Shown piece after piece: positions 49,211 through 59,380 of a DNA stretch of 64,000 nt. Origin of the DNA: Candidatus Aenigmatarchaeota archaeon. GTDB taxonomy: Archaea > Aenigmatarchaeota > Aenigmatarchaeia > CG10238-14 > SpSt-28. The translations under genes and the position numbers were made by a program. The stretch spans positions 107,469 to 171,468 of the forward strand of contig JAVYPJ010000001.1 of the NCBI GenBank assembly GCA_038733315.1, in the 5' to 3' direction. Within the stretch, counting starts at the first letter, position 1. Each line of letters starts with the position of its first letter. The notes under the pieces are model-generated. The model was not told where the DNA came from, did not search any database, and saw only the letters and a program-made list of their open reading frames with translations.

Positions 49211-50044
49211 ATGTTAACAAAAACTGAAAAATCAAAAATAATTGAGGAAATATCTGGAATTTTTAATAACTATAAAACTATTGGTTTTGTTGATTTTTAT
49301 ATGCTTCCGAGTAAAGAATATAAAGAGATGAAAAAGAGATTAAAAGAAAAAGATATAAATATAAAATATTTCAAAAAAAGCTTAGTTATTAAAGCTTTGG
49401 AAAAAATGGGAAAAACAGAATTAATTAAAGTGCTGCCAAATCAAGTTGGTGTATTACACTCTAATAAAAATCCTTTTGAGATTGTTAAGGAAGTTAAGCA
49501 GTTAGTTTCATATAGATATGCTAAAGATGGAGATATTGCAGAAGAAGATATAATAATAAAACCAATGGTTACAAACATACCTGCTGGCCCGTCTATTTCT
49601 GAATTTCAGAAATTAAAGTTTGAAGTTGGTGTAGAAGCTGGCAAAATTGCTATTAAAAAAGAGAAAAAAATAGTTTCAAAGGGTGAAAAGATAAATAGTC
49701 AAATAGCTAGTTTATTGCAAAAACTGGGAATAAAACCGATAAAAATAGTATTAAAATTAACATCTCTATACGACGGAAAAATATTATATACTAAGGATGT
49801 TTTGGATTTAGACGAGAAATATTATATAGAGAATATTTTAAAAGCATTTTCTGGAGCTAATGAATTAACTAAAAAAATTGGGTATTATACTAAGTATAAT
49901 ATCAGAGAGTTCTTAACATTAGCTAAAATAAGAGCAATAGCTATTGGAAAAAAAGCAAAAATCTACGAAAAAGAGGTAATAAAAGAGTTAGTAAAAGATT
50001 CTTATATAAGTGCTAAGATAATTTCTGAAAGAGTTAAAGTTTAA
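49211..50044 (+). CDS. rplP0: Ribosomal protein L10/P0.
   Basis: It has the right position and size, and the N-terminal pattern matches P0. Confidence 0.75.
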   Translation: MLTKTEKSKIIEEISGIFNNYKTIGFVDFYMLPSKEYKEMKKRLKEKDINIKYFKKSLVIKALEKMGKTELIKVLPNQVGVLHSNKNPFEIVKEVKQLVSYRYAKDGDIAEEDIIIKPMVTNIPAGPSISEFQKLKFEVGVEAGKIAIKKEKKIVSKGEKINSQIASLLQKLGIKPIKIVLKLTSLYDGKILYTKDVLDLDEKYYIENILKAFSGANELTKKIGYYTKYNIREFLTLAKIRAIAIGKKAKIYEKEVIKELVKDSYISAKIISERVKV

Positions 50045-50065
50045 ATACTTTTCTTTTAATAATTT

Positions 50066-50374
50066 ATGGAATACATATATGCAGCATTGCTATTACACTC
50101 AGCAAAAAAAGAAATAACTGAAGAAAACTTAAAGAAAGTTTTAAGTGCTGCTGGTGTTGAAATAAATGAAGCTAAGGTAAAGAGTTTGGTTGAAAGTATT
50201 AAGGGTATAAATATAGATGAAGTATTAAGCTCTGCTAGCATTCAAACTGCACCAATATCTTTACAGACAACAACACAGCAACCAAAGCAAGAAGAAGAAA
50301 AAGAGGAGAAAAAAGAAGAGAAAGCTTCTGATGAGCAGGCCGTAGCGGGATTAGCAGCCTTATTCGGAGTATAA
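50066..50374 (+). CDS. rpl12: Ribosomal stalk protein L12/P1.
   Basis: [26 protein letters not shown] is followed by an acidic tail ...[22 protein letters not shown]. Confidence 0.85.
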   Translation: MEYIYAALLLHSAKKEITEENLKKVLSAAGVEINEAKVKSLVESIKGINIDEVLSSASIQTAPISLQTTTQQPKQEEEKEEKKEEKASDEQAVAGLAALFGV

Positions 50375-50446
50375 TCCCTTTATTTTTTTATTGCGCGCGA
50401 TAGTAGTGTATCTAGGTATGTATACCGTAAACACTTCTTATTTTGT

Positions 50447-50635
50447 ATGAAATGTATAAGGTGTGGATCGAGAAGATTAATAGAGTTTGTGGATAGTTTT
50501 GGAAAAGAAAGAGTATTTTGTAGGGATTGTTTAATAAGTCTTGAAAAAGGTGTTTTTGTAAAGTCTCTTTTACAAAGAAAAGTTCCAGAGTTTTACTTCA
50601 AAAACCAGATTAAATCATGGAATGTAAAGCCATAA
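50447..50635 (+). CDS. Small Zn-ribbon ORF, uncertain.
   Basis: It contains CIRCGS...CRDC. Whether it is real cannot be judged. Confidence 0.2.
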   Translation: MKCIRCGSRRLIEFVDSFGKERVFCRDCLISLEKGVFVKSLLQRKVPEFYFKNQIKSWNVKP

Positions 50636-50786
50636 TAAGCAGGATAAAAAGAGGAAAAAATACTGTAATAATGGTAACTGTTAAGAGAGGTAATAAGATT
50701 TTTGGCTTTACTAGACCTGTTAATATAAACTAATGTATACACATAATAATAAATACAGTTTAGAAATCACTTAACTTATTATGGGC

Positions 50787-50874
50787 AAGAAAAAGAAAGA
50801 GGGTGAAGAGAAAAAATAGTAATGTTGAATAAAAGCAATCGATAGTAAGGGCCTTCACCCTCTTTCTTTTTCTT
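50787..50874. repeat. Perfect 22-bp inverted repeat (AAGAAAAAGAAAGAGGGTGAAG / CTTCACCCTCTTTCTTTTTCTT) with a 44-nt loop.
   Basis: It can be read directly. The right arm overlaps the pgk 3' end. Confidence 0.8.
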
Positions 50875-52228
50875 TTTTGGTTGTTAGATATCGATAGTTT
50901 ATCTTTAAAGCCTCTAATCCCAGCATTGGTTTCCCGCTAAGATAAGTTATTAGCGCGCCGCCACCAGTGCTTACATATGTAAAGTCATTTTTATCTATTC
51001 CTAATTTTTCCATAGCTACAGAAGTATCTCCGCCGCCAACTAAGGATTTAATCTTTCCTGCCTTTGTTAACTCAGCTATGTATGAAAGTATTTCCTTAGT
51101 ACCATTTTCAAACCCCTTTTCTTCAAATTTTCCCATTGGCCCTTTTATAAGAATCCATCCGTTGTTATATAATTCTTTTATCATATTTTTATAATATTTT
51201 ATCGTTTCGAATCCAATATCTAAAATCGTTGCGTTTTTTGGAACTTCTCCAATTTTACATTCAATTTTATCACCATTAATTTTTACTAAAAAATCTTTTG
51301 GTAATATGATTTTTTCTTTATATTTCTCATAAATCCATTTTGCAGCACTTTCTAATTCTTTTAATTTCTCCTCATTGTTTTTTACTATTTTTCTTAAAAT
51401 TTCCTCGCTACCACTTCCTATTTCATATCTACTAACCTTTAGAAAAAGGTTTGCAACAACACCACCACAAATAACATACTTAACTCTTTCTGAAGATTTT
51501 TCAAAAATGTATTTTAAAACGCTTATAACATCATCTACTTTTGCACCACCCACTAAAAAAACTATTTCTTTACTTGAAAGAAAGTTTTCCAAATTTCTTA
51601 TTTCATCTTCTAAAACTCTACCAGCTATAAGCGGAATCCCTTTTCCTCCACCATACGCAAATCCTACAACACTTGCATGAGCCCTATGAGCAACTGAAAA
51701 AGCATCTAAAACATAATAGTCAATAAATTTTGACAAAAATTCTACTAAGGAAGATTTTGCGTGTTCTTCAAAACTTTTCTCTACATCTTCGTCTTCTAAA
51801 AATCTTACATTATCTAACAATAATACTTCTCCAGGTTTTAATTTTTTTATTTCGTTTTCAGCTCTTTCTCCTATTATATCGTTAACAAATTTTATTTCAA
51901 TACCTACGTACTCACTAAGAATTTTTGCATGTTGCTCTAGGGAAATAAAATCTGGTTCTCCTTTTCTAGACTGATGCGCTAATAAAATTATTTTTGCTTT
52001 CTTTTCAGCAAGCTCTTTAATTGTTTTAGAATGTCTTTCAAACCTTTCATTAGGAATCAACTTTCCATCAACTATATCTGAATTCAAATCAATTCTTACA
52101 GCAACGTATTTATCCTCTAAATTATTTTTAAAATCGTCAAGAGTAAAATATTCCTTCATAAAAAATAAAGAATTTTTAACTATTTTAGAATTCCCAGATT
52201 TTTGTTTGTTTTTTCTATCGATTTCCAC
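50855..52228 (-). CDS. pgk: Phosphoglycerate kinase.
   Basis: PGK motifs are present (VRIDLN, GGGDTSVA). The annotated N-terminal 23 aa overlap gap and are probably an artefact. The likely start is MKEYFTLDDF, near 52159. Confidence 0.8.
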   Translation of the reverse strand: MEIDRKNKQKSGNSKIVKNSLFFMKEYFTLDDFKNNLEDKYVAVRIDLNSDIVDGKLIPNERFERHSKTIKELAEKKAKIILLAHQSRKGEPDFISLEQHAKILSEYVGIEIKFVNDIIGERAENEIKKLKPGEVLLLDNVRFLEDEDVEKSFEEHAKSSLVEFLSKFIDYYVLDAFSVAHRAHASVVGFAYGGGKGIPLIAGRVLEDEIRNLENFLSSKEIVFLVGGAKVDDVISVLKYIFEKSSERVKYVICGGVVANLFLKVSRYEIGSGSEEILRKIVKNNEEKLKELESAAKWIYEKYKEKIILPKDFLVKINGDKIECKIGEVPKNATILDIGFETIKYYKNMIKELYNNGWILIKGPMGKFEEKGFENGTKEILSYIAELTKAGKIKSLVGGGDTSVAMEKLGIDKNDFTYVSTGGGALITYLSGKPMLGLEALKINYRYLTTKKEKERG

Positions 52229-53223
52229 TTATCTTTCTCTATTCCTGAAATTGCCCTTATCGCATCTATATTTTCTGGAATAACAACCGCTTCTTGATGA
52301 ACCGCTTGCACATATCTTACTTTATTATTTTCAGCGTGTAGCAAATCCTTTAATACTATAACTTCCCAAATATCATTTCTAGGTCTTAAATAATCTCTAA
52401 ACTTTTCAATTATAACGCTTGTAGCTGGATACTCTTTTCCTTCTAAAAATATTATTCTAGTTTGTTTTTCAAATGCATCAATAATCTCTTCGTAGCTAAC
52501 ATTTCTTTTTAAGATTACATCTAGCATATGTATGTGCATTTTTGTGGTTGGAACTTTAACTGCTAAAGAAAAAATATTTAAATGTTTTAATACTGTTTTA
52601 ACATCTAGAGAATGGTGAGATGGTACGTGTAAATCATACTCTATAGCATCTATTGGCCCTTTTTTATATTCATGAGGATCGTTAGCTCTTCTTGCTAAAG
52701 CGACAAAAGCATATTCTATTCCGAATCTTTGATCTAAAGTATGTAAAGTTCTTATTAGACTTGTAGTATTGCAACTAGGGACTCTAACATAAGTTTTATC
52801 AAACGCTTCTTCGTAATTTACAAAAGAATTGAATGTCATTTCTGCAACATCTGCTTTTTCTCCACCCTGAAATATTACTTTTACTCCATATTTTTCGTAC
52901 AAAATTTTTTTATTTTGAGCACCAATTCCTTCTGGAGTACAATCAATTATAACATCTACAGCGCCATTTCTTAACAAATCTTCTAAAGTTCCATTAACCC
53001 ACATTCCTGATTTTTTAAATTCGTTATATGCCTCTAAATCGCTTGCATACAAATCCGTGCCATAAAGAAATCCATTAGGTTCTAAAACAGTTTTTATTAC
53101 ATAGTTTGGGTTTTTAGTCGATATTGCTACTAGATCTATATCATCTTGCAATTTTATTGCATGCGCAACTCTTTTTCCTATCGTTCCTATACCATTTACA
53201 ACAACCTTTGGTTTTACTCTCAT
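52180..53223 (-). CDS. gap: Glyceraldehyde-3-phosphate dehydrogenase, archaeal type II.
   Basis: It has VNGIGTIGKRVA and the active-site SCNTTS. Confidence 0.8.
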   Translation of the reverse strand: MRVKPKVVVNGIGTIGKRVAHAIKLQDDIDLVAISTKNPNYVIKTVLEPNGFLYGTDLYASDLEAYNEFKKSGMWVNGTLEDLLRNGAVDVIIDCTPEGIGAQNKKILYEKYGVKVIFQGGEKADVAEMTFNSFVNYEEAFDKTYVRVPSCNTTSLIRTLHTLDQRFGIEYAFVALARRANDPHEYKKGPIDAIEYDLHVPSHHSLDVKTVLKHLNIFSLAVKVPTTKMHIHMLDVILKRNVSYEEIIDAFEKQTRIIFLEGKEYPATSVIIEKFRDYLRPRNDIWEVIVLKDLLHAENNKVRYVQAVHQEAVVIPENIDAIRAISGIEKDKWKSIEKTNKNLGILK

Positions 53224-53244
53224 AAATATTTTTTAATCTCAATA

Positions 53245-53943
53245 CTATATTTTTTTACCAGATATTATTAAGTTCCTTTCAGTTAACATTTTATTATCGA
53301 CTTTAAAGTTTATACGAAAATTTTTTGATTTAGCATATTCTGCTAAATAAAAACACCACTTATAGTATTCGTTATTTATAGCATTAAAGAATTTATTCAA
53401 AATTTCATTATCTCTCTTCCATTTTTCATAATTTTCGCTTCCTATACAGCAAGGAACTAATATAAAAAAATTGCTAAATTCAGATGCTTTATCTATAACA
53501 ATTTCGCTTAAATTATTACAAGCATGAATTGAAACGATAAAATCTACATTCTCTAAATCTTTAATTTCTAAGATATTTTCTTCTATAAAAAATATATTAT
53601 CAAAAAATTTGCTTTTGTTATTAGATTTATAATCTTCACTAAACTTTAAATCGATAGCTACTATTTTTGAATTTGGAAAGTTTTTTGCTACAAAATGAGA
53701 AAATAAGGCATCCCCACTCATTAGTTCGCATAAAACGAACTTATCCATTTTATTTTTTTCTACTAAATTTTTCAAAACATTAAACACACTAACAACTTCA
53801 GTTATTTCTTTTAAGATGTATTCGTATCTTTCTTTTTCTAAATGAGGCTTCATTAAAATATTAAGAATATCGAATGGAAACCTCTTAATGAAAAATCTTA
53901 CATATTCATGCTTAGAATTTAAAATTTCCTTAGGATAAACCAT
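53245..53943 (-). CDS. Possible SAM-dependent methyltransferase-like protein.
   Basis: The support is weak. There is a Rossmann-like segment VAIDLKF. Confidence 0.25.
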   Translation of the reverse strand: MVYPKEILNSKHEYVRFFIKRFPFDILNILMKPHLEKERYEYILKEITEVVSVFNVLKNLVEKNKMDKFVLCELMSGDALFSHFVAKNFPNSKIVAIDLKFSEDYKSNNKSKFFDNIFFIEENILEIKDLENVDFIVSIHACNNLSEIVIDKASEFSNFFILVPCCIGSENYEKWKRDNEILNKFFNAINNEYYKWCFYLAEYAKSKNFRINFKVDNKMLTERNLIISGKKI

Positions 53944-54360
53944 TTATAAATTAATTTTTTCGGAAATTTTACTAACCAATTCTTCTATATTTTTTTCCAA
54001 TTTAATTAATTCATCGGCATTTTTATTGATTTCTTCCACATTTTCATCTAATAAAGAGAAAAAAAGTTTATAAAGCCTTATATCATATAAAGATTTTATT
54101 TTTCTTACTTCATCATATAATTCTCTACCAATTTGAAAGGCTAAAGGAGATAGGGTATCGAAAAGAATTGAAATATAAATATATTTCCTTTCAACATCAA
54201 TTATTTTTTCTAAGTTTTTAACTATATCAACCTTATTTTCTTCGATTAATTTTATTAGAATTTCCCTAAACATATCTATTTTTCCAAACATTAATGCTAT
54301 ATCTAGCCTTAAATTCTTTTCTCTTACTAGACTTATTAGTTTTTGAAACCTATCCTCCAT
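53944..54360 (-). CDS. Hypothetical protein.
   Basis: It is an ORF contiguous with the downstream gene on the same strand. Confidence 0.25.
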   Translation of the reverse strand: MEDRFQKLISLVREKNLRLDIALMFGKIDMFREILIKLIEENKVDIVKNLEKIIDVERKYIYISILFDTLSPLAFQIGRELYDEVRKIKSLYDIRLYKLFFSLLDENVEEINKNADELIKLEKNIEELVSKISEKINL

Positions 54361-55203
54361 AAATTTATTATGGAAATTGTTAAAAGAAGTATATTGAAAA
54401 AAATTTATAAAAAAAGGGATTCTTGGTGCTATAAAGGAAATTTTGGAAAATTGGGAATAGTTTCTGGAAGTTATTATTATTCTGGTTCTCCAATATTTGT
54501 TGGATTGGCCGCATTAAGAGCTGGAGTTGATTTAGTAAGAATTTTTGCTCCTGAATGTATTTCAAATGCAATTAGAAGCTATTCACCGGATTTAATTGTT
54601 TTTCCTTATGAATCTAAATTTCTTAACATAAAAACTTTAAATTTTATTTTTGAAAATTCGAATGATTTAGATGCTTTTGTTATAGGTAATGGATTAAGTA
54701 GAAAAATAGAAGTATTAAATGCTATAAAGGAGTTTGTTAAGAAAGTTAAAATTCCATGCGTAATAGATGCAGATGCTATATATGCAATAAAAGGCATTAA
54801 GCTGAACAAAAATTTTATTATTACTCCTCATAGCTATGAATTCTTTGTTTTAAGCGGATATAAAGTTAAAAATAATTTAAAAGATCGAATTGAAAAAGTT
54901 AAGGAAGTAGCAAAAAAATATAATTGCATTATACTATTAAAAGGGCATATAGATGTTATTAGTAACGGAAAAAAAGTTGTGATTAATAAAACTGGTAGCG
55001 AATATATGACTAAAGGCGGTTTTGGAGATACATTAGCTGGAATTTGTGGAGCGTTATTAGCTAGGAAAATCGATCCTTTTATATCAGCTCAAGCAGCTTC
55101 ATACATTAATGGAAGAGCTGGTGAATTTGCTGCAAAGATTTATAAAGAATCAGTAATTGCAAGCGATATTTTCGATTTCATTCCAAAAATTCTAAAAATA
55201 TAA
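54343..55203 (+). CDS. nnrD: NAD(P)H-hydrate dehydratase (YjeF C-terminal / carbohydrate kinase-like).
   Basis: It carries the KGGFGDTLAGI motif. Confidence 0.7.
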   Translation: MKPILHKFIMEIVKRSILKKIYKKRDSWCYKGNFGKLGIVSGSYYYSGSPIFVGLAALRAGVDLVRIFAPECISNAIRSYSPDLIVFPYESKFLNIKTLNFIFENSNDLDAFVIGNGLSRKIEVLNAIKEFVKKVKIPCVIDADAIYAIKGIKLNKNFIITPHSYEFFVLSGYKVKNNLKDRIEKVKEVAKKYNCIILLKGHIDVISNGKKVVINKTGSEYMTKGGFGDTLAGICGALLARKIDPFISAQAASYINGRAGEFAAKIYKESVIASDIFDFIPKILKI

Positions 55204-55210
55204 ATACTTT

Positions 55211-55951
55211 ATGAATGCTATACCCTATTCTGATTCTTTTGTACAAAATAAAAAGTTAGGATGGAAAGAGGACAAAAATTTAGGGTATAGATTTAAAACT
55301 TATAAAGATATTTATCAAGATTTATTACCTCAACTTTTTGAGAAGAGAAAAAGTTTTTCTGTTGTAGTTGCTGGTCCTTCTAACGAGGAGGTTGAAATTA
55401 TTAAAAATCTTCTTGAAAAACACAAAAATGTCAATGTTAACATTTTTGAACCCGTTAAAGATAGGTCAGAAGAGTTAAGAGAAATGTTAGGATATTTAGG
55501 AGAAAGGGTTAATGTAATAGAAGATTACATATTTAATATAGAAAAATATCTTCCCAAAAAATCGATTGATGCTGCAATATTCTTCAATGTTGTTAATTGG
55601 ATTCCGATGAATATAATAAAATTGTTAGAAGGTTTAAATAAAACTCTTCTCTCTGATGGAATAGCTATCGTTTCTTTTTACACCAAGTTACGAGCCGATA
55701 GAAAAGATAAAAATTATATTATCGAAACCCCGAAATGGTTTATACGCTCTGTAGAGAGAAATTCTATAAAAAGTTTAAATGAGCTTAATCTTAGTAATCT
55801 TTATTATACAGATGGAAATGGAGCATTAAAGGTTTATGTATTGGGAAAAAGCGGTCTAGAAGAAATATTAAAGAATGTGAAAGAAAAGTATAAAGAAGCC
55901 CGTAAGATTTTAGACTTCATAGATTCGACCAATAAATATAAACTAAATTAA
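55211..55951 (+). CDS. Hypothetical protein.
   Basis: ORF only. Confidence 0.25.
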   Translation: MNAIPYSDSFVQNKKLGWKEDKNLGYRFKTYKDIYQDLLPQLFEKRKSFSVVVAGPSNEEVEIIKNLLEKHKNVNVNIFEPVKDRSEELREMLGYLGERVNVIEDYIFNIEKYLPKKSIDAAIFFNVVNWIPMNIIKLLEGLNKTLLSDGIAIVSFYTKLRADRKDKNYIIETPKWFIRSVERNSIKSLNELNLSNLYYTDGNGALKVYVLGKSGLEEILKNVKEKYKEARKILDFIDSTNKYKLN

Positions 55952-56392
55952 TTTCTCTAATATAGATATTAATTCTCTAATTTTACTTTTTTTAATCGCT
56001 ACAGAACCTACTGACCTATACTTATTTTTACTCCTTATTAAAATATCTTTTTTTGTTTGATTTATTCTAACAAATTCTTCCTCTCCTTCATATATTGGCC
56101 TAAATAAATCTATCCACAAAATATTATCTTTTCCTTGTTCTATCTTACCAATGAATTGAGATTTCCCAACATAATAAAAAACCTTTGCAGGACCTCTTTC
56201 ATCAAAATCAACTCTTTTCTCTATCAATAACCTTTCCAATATTTTAGTTACAGTATGTCTATTTAAGTTTAATGCGTTTGCGATTTCAGTTATAGTCATT
56301 CCTCTAGGGTTTTTTTCCAATAATTTTATAATTTTCTTAACATTTTCAGTTTCGTATTCTACCTCCTTACTTTCTAATGTATCTACGCTCAT
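55943..56392 (-). CDS. Winged-helix transcriptional regulator.
   Basis: It contains the HTH MTITEIANALNLNRHTVTKILERL. Confidence 0.5.
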   Translation of the reverse strand: MSVDTLESKEVEYETENVKKIIKLLEKNPRGMTITEIANALNLNRHTVTKILERLLIEKRVDFDERGPAKVFYYVGKSQFIGKIEQGKDNILWIDLFRPIYEGEEEFVRINQTKKDILIRSKNKYRSVGSVAIKKSKIRELISILEKLI

Positions 56393-56458
56393 AATTAAAG
56401 ATTTGCTTCATATATAGATATATTTAAATTTATATACTAAAATATAGAAAAATATAAA

Positions 56459-56479
56459 TACATTTTAATGTATATACAT
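56459..56479. promoter_or_regulatory. Overlapping palindromes TACATTttAATGTA and ATGTATATACAT in a divergent promoter region.
   Basis: They can be read directly. They lie between the divergently transcribed wHTH regulator and ORF 56484. Confidence 0.4.
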
Positions 56480-56483
56480 TAAT

Positions 56484-57167
56484 ATGACAACAATAACATT
56501 ACTACATTTTAAAACGTCAAAAAATATAAACGAAATTGAAATGGAACTAAATAAAGTTTCAAGCGAAAAATACTGGATTGCGGCAACAAAGGAAGATAAT
56601 AACACAATAAAAATAATTTTTAATTATAAAACAAGCATTGAAGAAGAAGTAAGAAAAGTTTTAAACATTTCAGAAATTAAAAGAGTTTTTAATGGTAACT
56701 CTGGTATGTATCTAACAAGGAATGTTATAGCGTACATGCATTTTGATAAAGAAATTTTAGAAGTAAGAAGAGGTATAGATCATGTTTTTCGCTTCTTTAT
56801 TAATGTCTTAGAAAAATCTCTTAGAATTAAATTTATAAACGTCTATATACCATCAAAAACCCTAGCAAAAATAATAGAAAAACACACTATCTCCTTAAAT
56901 CAAATATATTTTAAATTTGTTAACGGTTTTTTATTCGAAATGTATAAAGGAAAATATTTACAATACTCTGAATTTATTAGAAAGAAAATTGAAGAGCTAA
57001 ACAAAAACATAAGAATAATAACAACGATACCAAAAATTAAATTTGATGGGTTTCAAAAAAGCTTTACGATAAATGGAGATAAAGGTACTATAAAATTTTG
57101 GTATAATAATGTATCAAAAAGCGAAATTTCGCAAATTTTAAATATAATTTTTGAAAATATGAAATAA
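56484..57167 (+). CDS. Hypothetical protein.
   Basis: ORF only. Confidence 0.25.
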   Translation: MTTITLLHFKTSKNINEIEMELNKVSSEKYWIAATKEDNNTIKIIFNYKTSIEEEVRKVLNISEIKRVFNGNSGMYLTRNVIAYMHFDKEILEVRRGIDHVFRFFINVLEKSLRIKFINVYIPSKTLAKIIEKHTISLNQIYFKFVNGFLFEMYKGKYLQYSEFIRKKIEELNKNIRIITTIPKIKFDGFQKSFTINGDKGTIKFWYNNVSKSEISQILNIIFENMK

Positions 57168-57208
57168 TAAAGTTTTCTAGTATTTAAATAGAGTGCCGAA
57201 AAAATATT

Positions 57209-57592
57209 ATGGATGAAGAAAAAAATATTTTAGAATTGCAGGCGGCAAAAGATGAATTAAACAAGCTTATTTCGTATAGAGAAAACCTAATGATGATTTA
57301 TAGAGAATTGAAACAATCGCTCGAAAGTTTAAGTATATTAAGTACTGAAGATCCAGTACTTCTTCCGATTGGTAGCGGTATTTTTTTAGAAAGTAAAATA
57401 AACAATAAAAATTTTGTTTTAGTTGGGGTTGGTTCAAATATATTTTTAGAAATGGAAACAGAAAAAGCAAAAGAATTTTTGAAAAAAAGAATTAAAAAAG
57501 TTGAAGAAGAAATTGTAGAAGTGCAAACATATATCCAAAACTTTCAATATTATATTTTAAATGTTTTAGAACATATAAAACGAAAAAAATAA
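57209..57592 (+). CDS. pfdA: Prefoldin alpha subunit-like.
   Basis: It has a coiled-coil/beta-hairpin/coiled-coil pattern (PIGSGIFLESKI...VLVGVGSNIFLEM). It is next to ftsY, as in many archaea. Confidence 0.55.
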   Translation: MDEEKNILELQAAKDELNKLISYRENLMMIYRELKQSLESLSILSTEDPVLLPIGSGIFLESKINNKNFVLVGVGSNIFLEMETEKAKEFLKKRIKKVEEEIVEVQTYIQNFQYYILNVLEHIKRKK

Positions 57593-57616
57593 ATTTTTTG
57601 TTACTAAATATTTCCT

Positions 57617-58429
57617 ATGAAGGATCAGGCAATCTTAGATGCCTTTAAAACAATAGGTTTGAACCTTTATGAAAGAAAACTATATCTTGCACTTTTATAT
57701 AAAGGAAGCGCGACCGCTGGAGAACTAGCAGATCTTACACAAGTACCTAGATCAAGGATTTATGACACCTTAGAAAGACTTTCTGAAAAGGGATTTGTCA
57801 TTATTCAACAAACAAGACCAGTAAGATTTATAGCTATAGATCCTGAAGAGGCTTTAGAGAGGTATAAGAAGGCTTTTGAAGAAAAAATTGCTGAAATGCA
57901 GAGAAGAATAGAGGAAATTAAAAAAAGTGAAATATTGAAAGAAATGAAGCAAATATTTTCACAGAAAATTAAAACAATTAATCCAGAAGAATTAACTGGA
58001 ACATTAAGAGGTTTAAAGGCATTTTTGGATGAGTTTGCAAACTCTGTAAAAAATGCTAAAAAATCTATAGATATAATTGCTGGTAGCGAGGTAATGAACC
58101 TTATCTATGAAAGATTTGCAGATTTATTAAATAAAGCAAAAGATTCTGGAATTAATTTAAGATTTTTAATAACAGATACCAAGGCTATAGAAACATTAAA
58201 TGTTTTGAAATTATTGGGCGAAGTTAAAACCATTGAAAAAGAAAAATTGCCAATAGATGGTAATGTTATAGTGGTAGATGGGGAAAATGTTATAATGAGT
58301 TTAACCAACTTAAGAGAAGTACCATCAAATCAAGCTTTAGCATTATGGACTAAAAGTGAAGTTGTAGCAAAAAACTTAATTATACCTATAATAGAAATTG
58401 CTTGGAGAGAGTATTCAAAGAGTATTTAA
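57617..58429 (+). CDS. TrmB-family transcriptional regulator.
   Basis: The N-terminal wHTH is GLNLYERKLYLALLYKGSATAGELADLTQVPRSRIYDTLERL. Confidence 0.7.
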   Translation: MKDQAILDAFKTIGLNLYERKLYLALLYKGSATAGELADLTQVPRSRIYDTLERLSEKGFVIIQQTRPVRFIAIDPEEALERYKKAFEEKIAEMQRRIEEIKKSEILKEMKQIFSQKIKTINPEELTGTLRGLKAFLDEFANSVKNAKKSIDIIAGSEVMNLIYERFADLLNKAKDSGINLRFLITDTKAIETLNVLKLLGEVKTIEKEKLPIDGNVIVVDGENVIMSLTNLREVPSNQALALWTKSEVVAKNLIIPIIEIAWREYSKSI

Positions 58430-58438
58430 TCCTTCTTT

Positions 58439-59380
58439 ATGTTTTCTTTTTTTAAAAAGAAAATTAATGATATTGTAAAAAGTTTTACAAAAAAAGTTAA
58501 AGAAGTTAGTAAAAAAATAAAATATATTGAGATAAAAGAGGGTGACATTAATCCCTTATTAGAAGAGCTTGAAAACAATTTGATAGAGAATGATTGTAGC
58601 TATAGCGTAACTCAGAAAATTATAAATGATATTAGAAAGAATTTAATAGGTAAAAAAGTTGAAAGAAAAAAAATTAGAACAGAGATTAAAAATTCTATAA
58701 GAAAAAGTATTGAAGAGATATTGAGTTTTGGTGAAGCAAAAGATTTTGAAAAAGAAATTGAGAAAAGAGAAAAGCCTTTATCAATAATATTTTTTGGATT
58801 TAACGGTAGTGGAAAAACTACAACCATAGCGAAAATAGCAAAGAAACTATCAAGAAAATATAAAGTTTTGCTTGTAGCAGCAGATACTTTTAGAGCAGCC
58901 GCGATAGAGCAGCTAGAAGAATGGGGTAAAAAATTGAAAATAGAGGTTTTTAAAAAATCCTATAATTATGATCCGGCAGCTGTTATATACGAAGCTAAGA
59001 ACTATGCAATAAAAAATGGTTTTGAAATTCTATTGATAGATACTGCTGGAAGAAGTCATACAAATAAAAATTTGATGGATGAACTTTCTAAAATAATTAG
59101 AGTTAATAATCCAGAAATAAAAATATTAGTATTAGATTCCTTAACTGGCAGTGATATAATAAATCAGTATAATTTCTTTAGCCAGATTTCAAAAATCGAT
59201 TTCATTATTTTTACTAAGGTTGATGTTAACGAAAAGGGTGGTAATATTTTATCTATACTATACGAATTCAAAACACCAATAGCATATATTGGTATAGGAC
59301 AAAACGAAAACGATTTAGAAGAATTTAAAAAGGAAAGGTTTATAGATAATTTTTTAGGAACCAATTCCGAATCTTCTTAA
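58439..59380 (+). CDS. ftsY: Signal recognition particle receptor FtsY.
   Basis: It has an SRP GTPase NG domain (GFNGSGKTTT, DTAGR, TKVD). Confidence 0.85.
   Translation: MFSFFKKKINDIVKSFTKKVKEVSKKIKYIEIKEGDINPLLEELENNLIENDCSYSVTQKIINDIRKNLIGKKVERKKIRTEIKNSIRKSIEEILSFGEAKDFEKEIEKREKPLSIIFFGFNGSGKTTTIAKIAKKLSRKYKVLLVAADTFRAAAIEQLEEWGKKLKIEVFKKSYNYDPAAVIYEAKNYAIKNGFEILLIDTAGRSHTNKNLMDELSKIIRVNNPEIKILVLDSLTGSDIINQYNFFSQISKIDFIIFTKVDVNEKGGNILSILYEFKTPIAYIGIGQNENDLEEFKKERFIDNFLGTNSESS

Noticed and set aside
52180-52228. 49-nt overlap between pgk and gap.
   Set aside because: It probably results from an over-extended pgk start call. An internal Met (MKEYFTLDDF) gives a normal-length PGK with no overlap.
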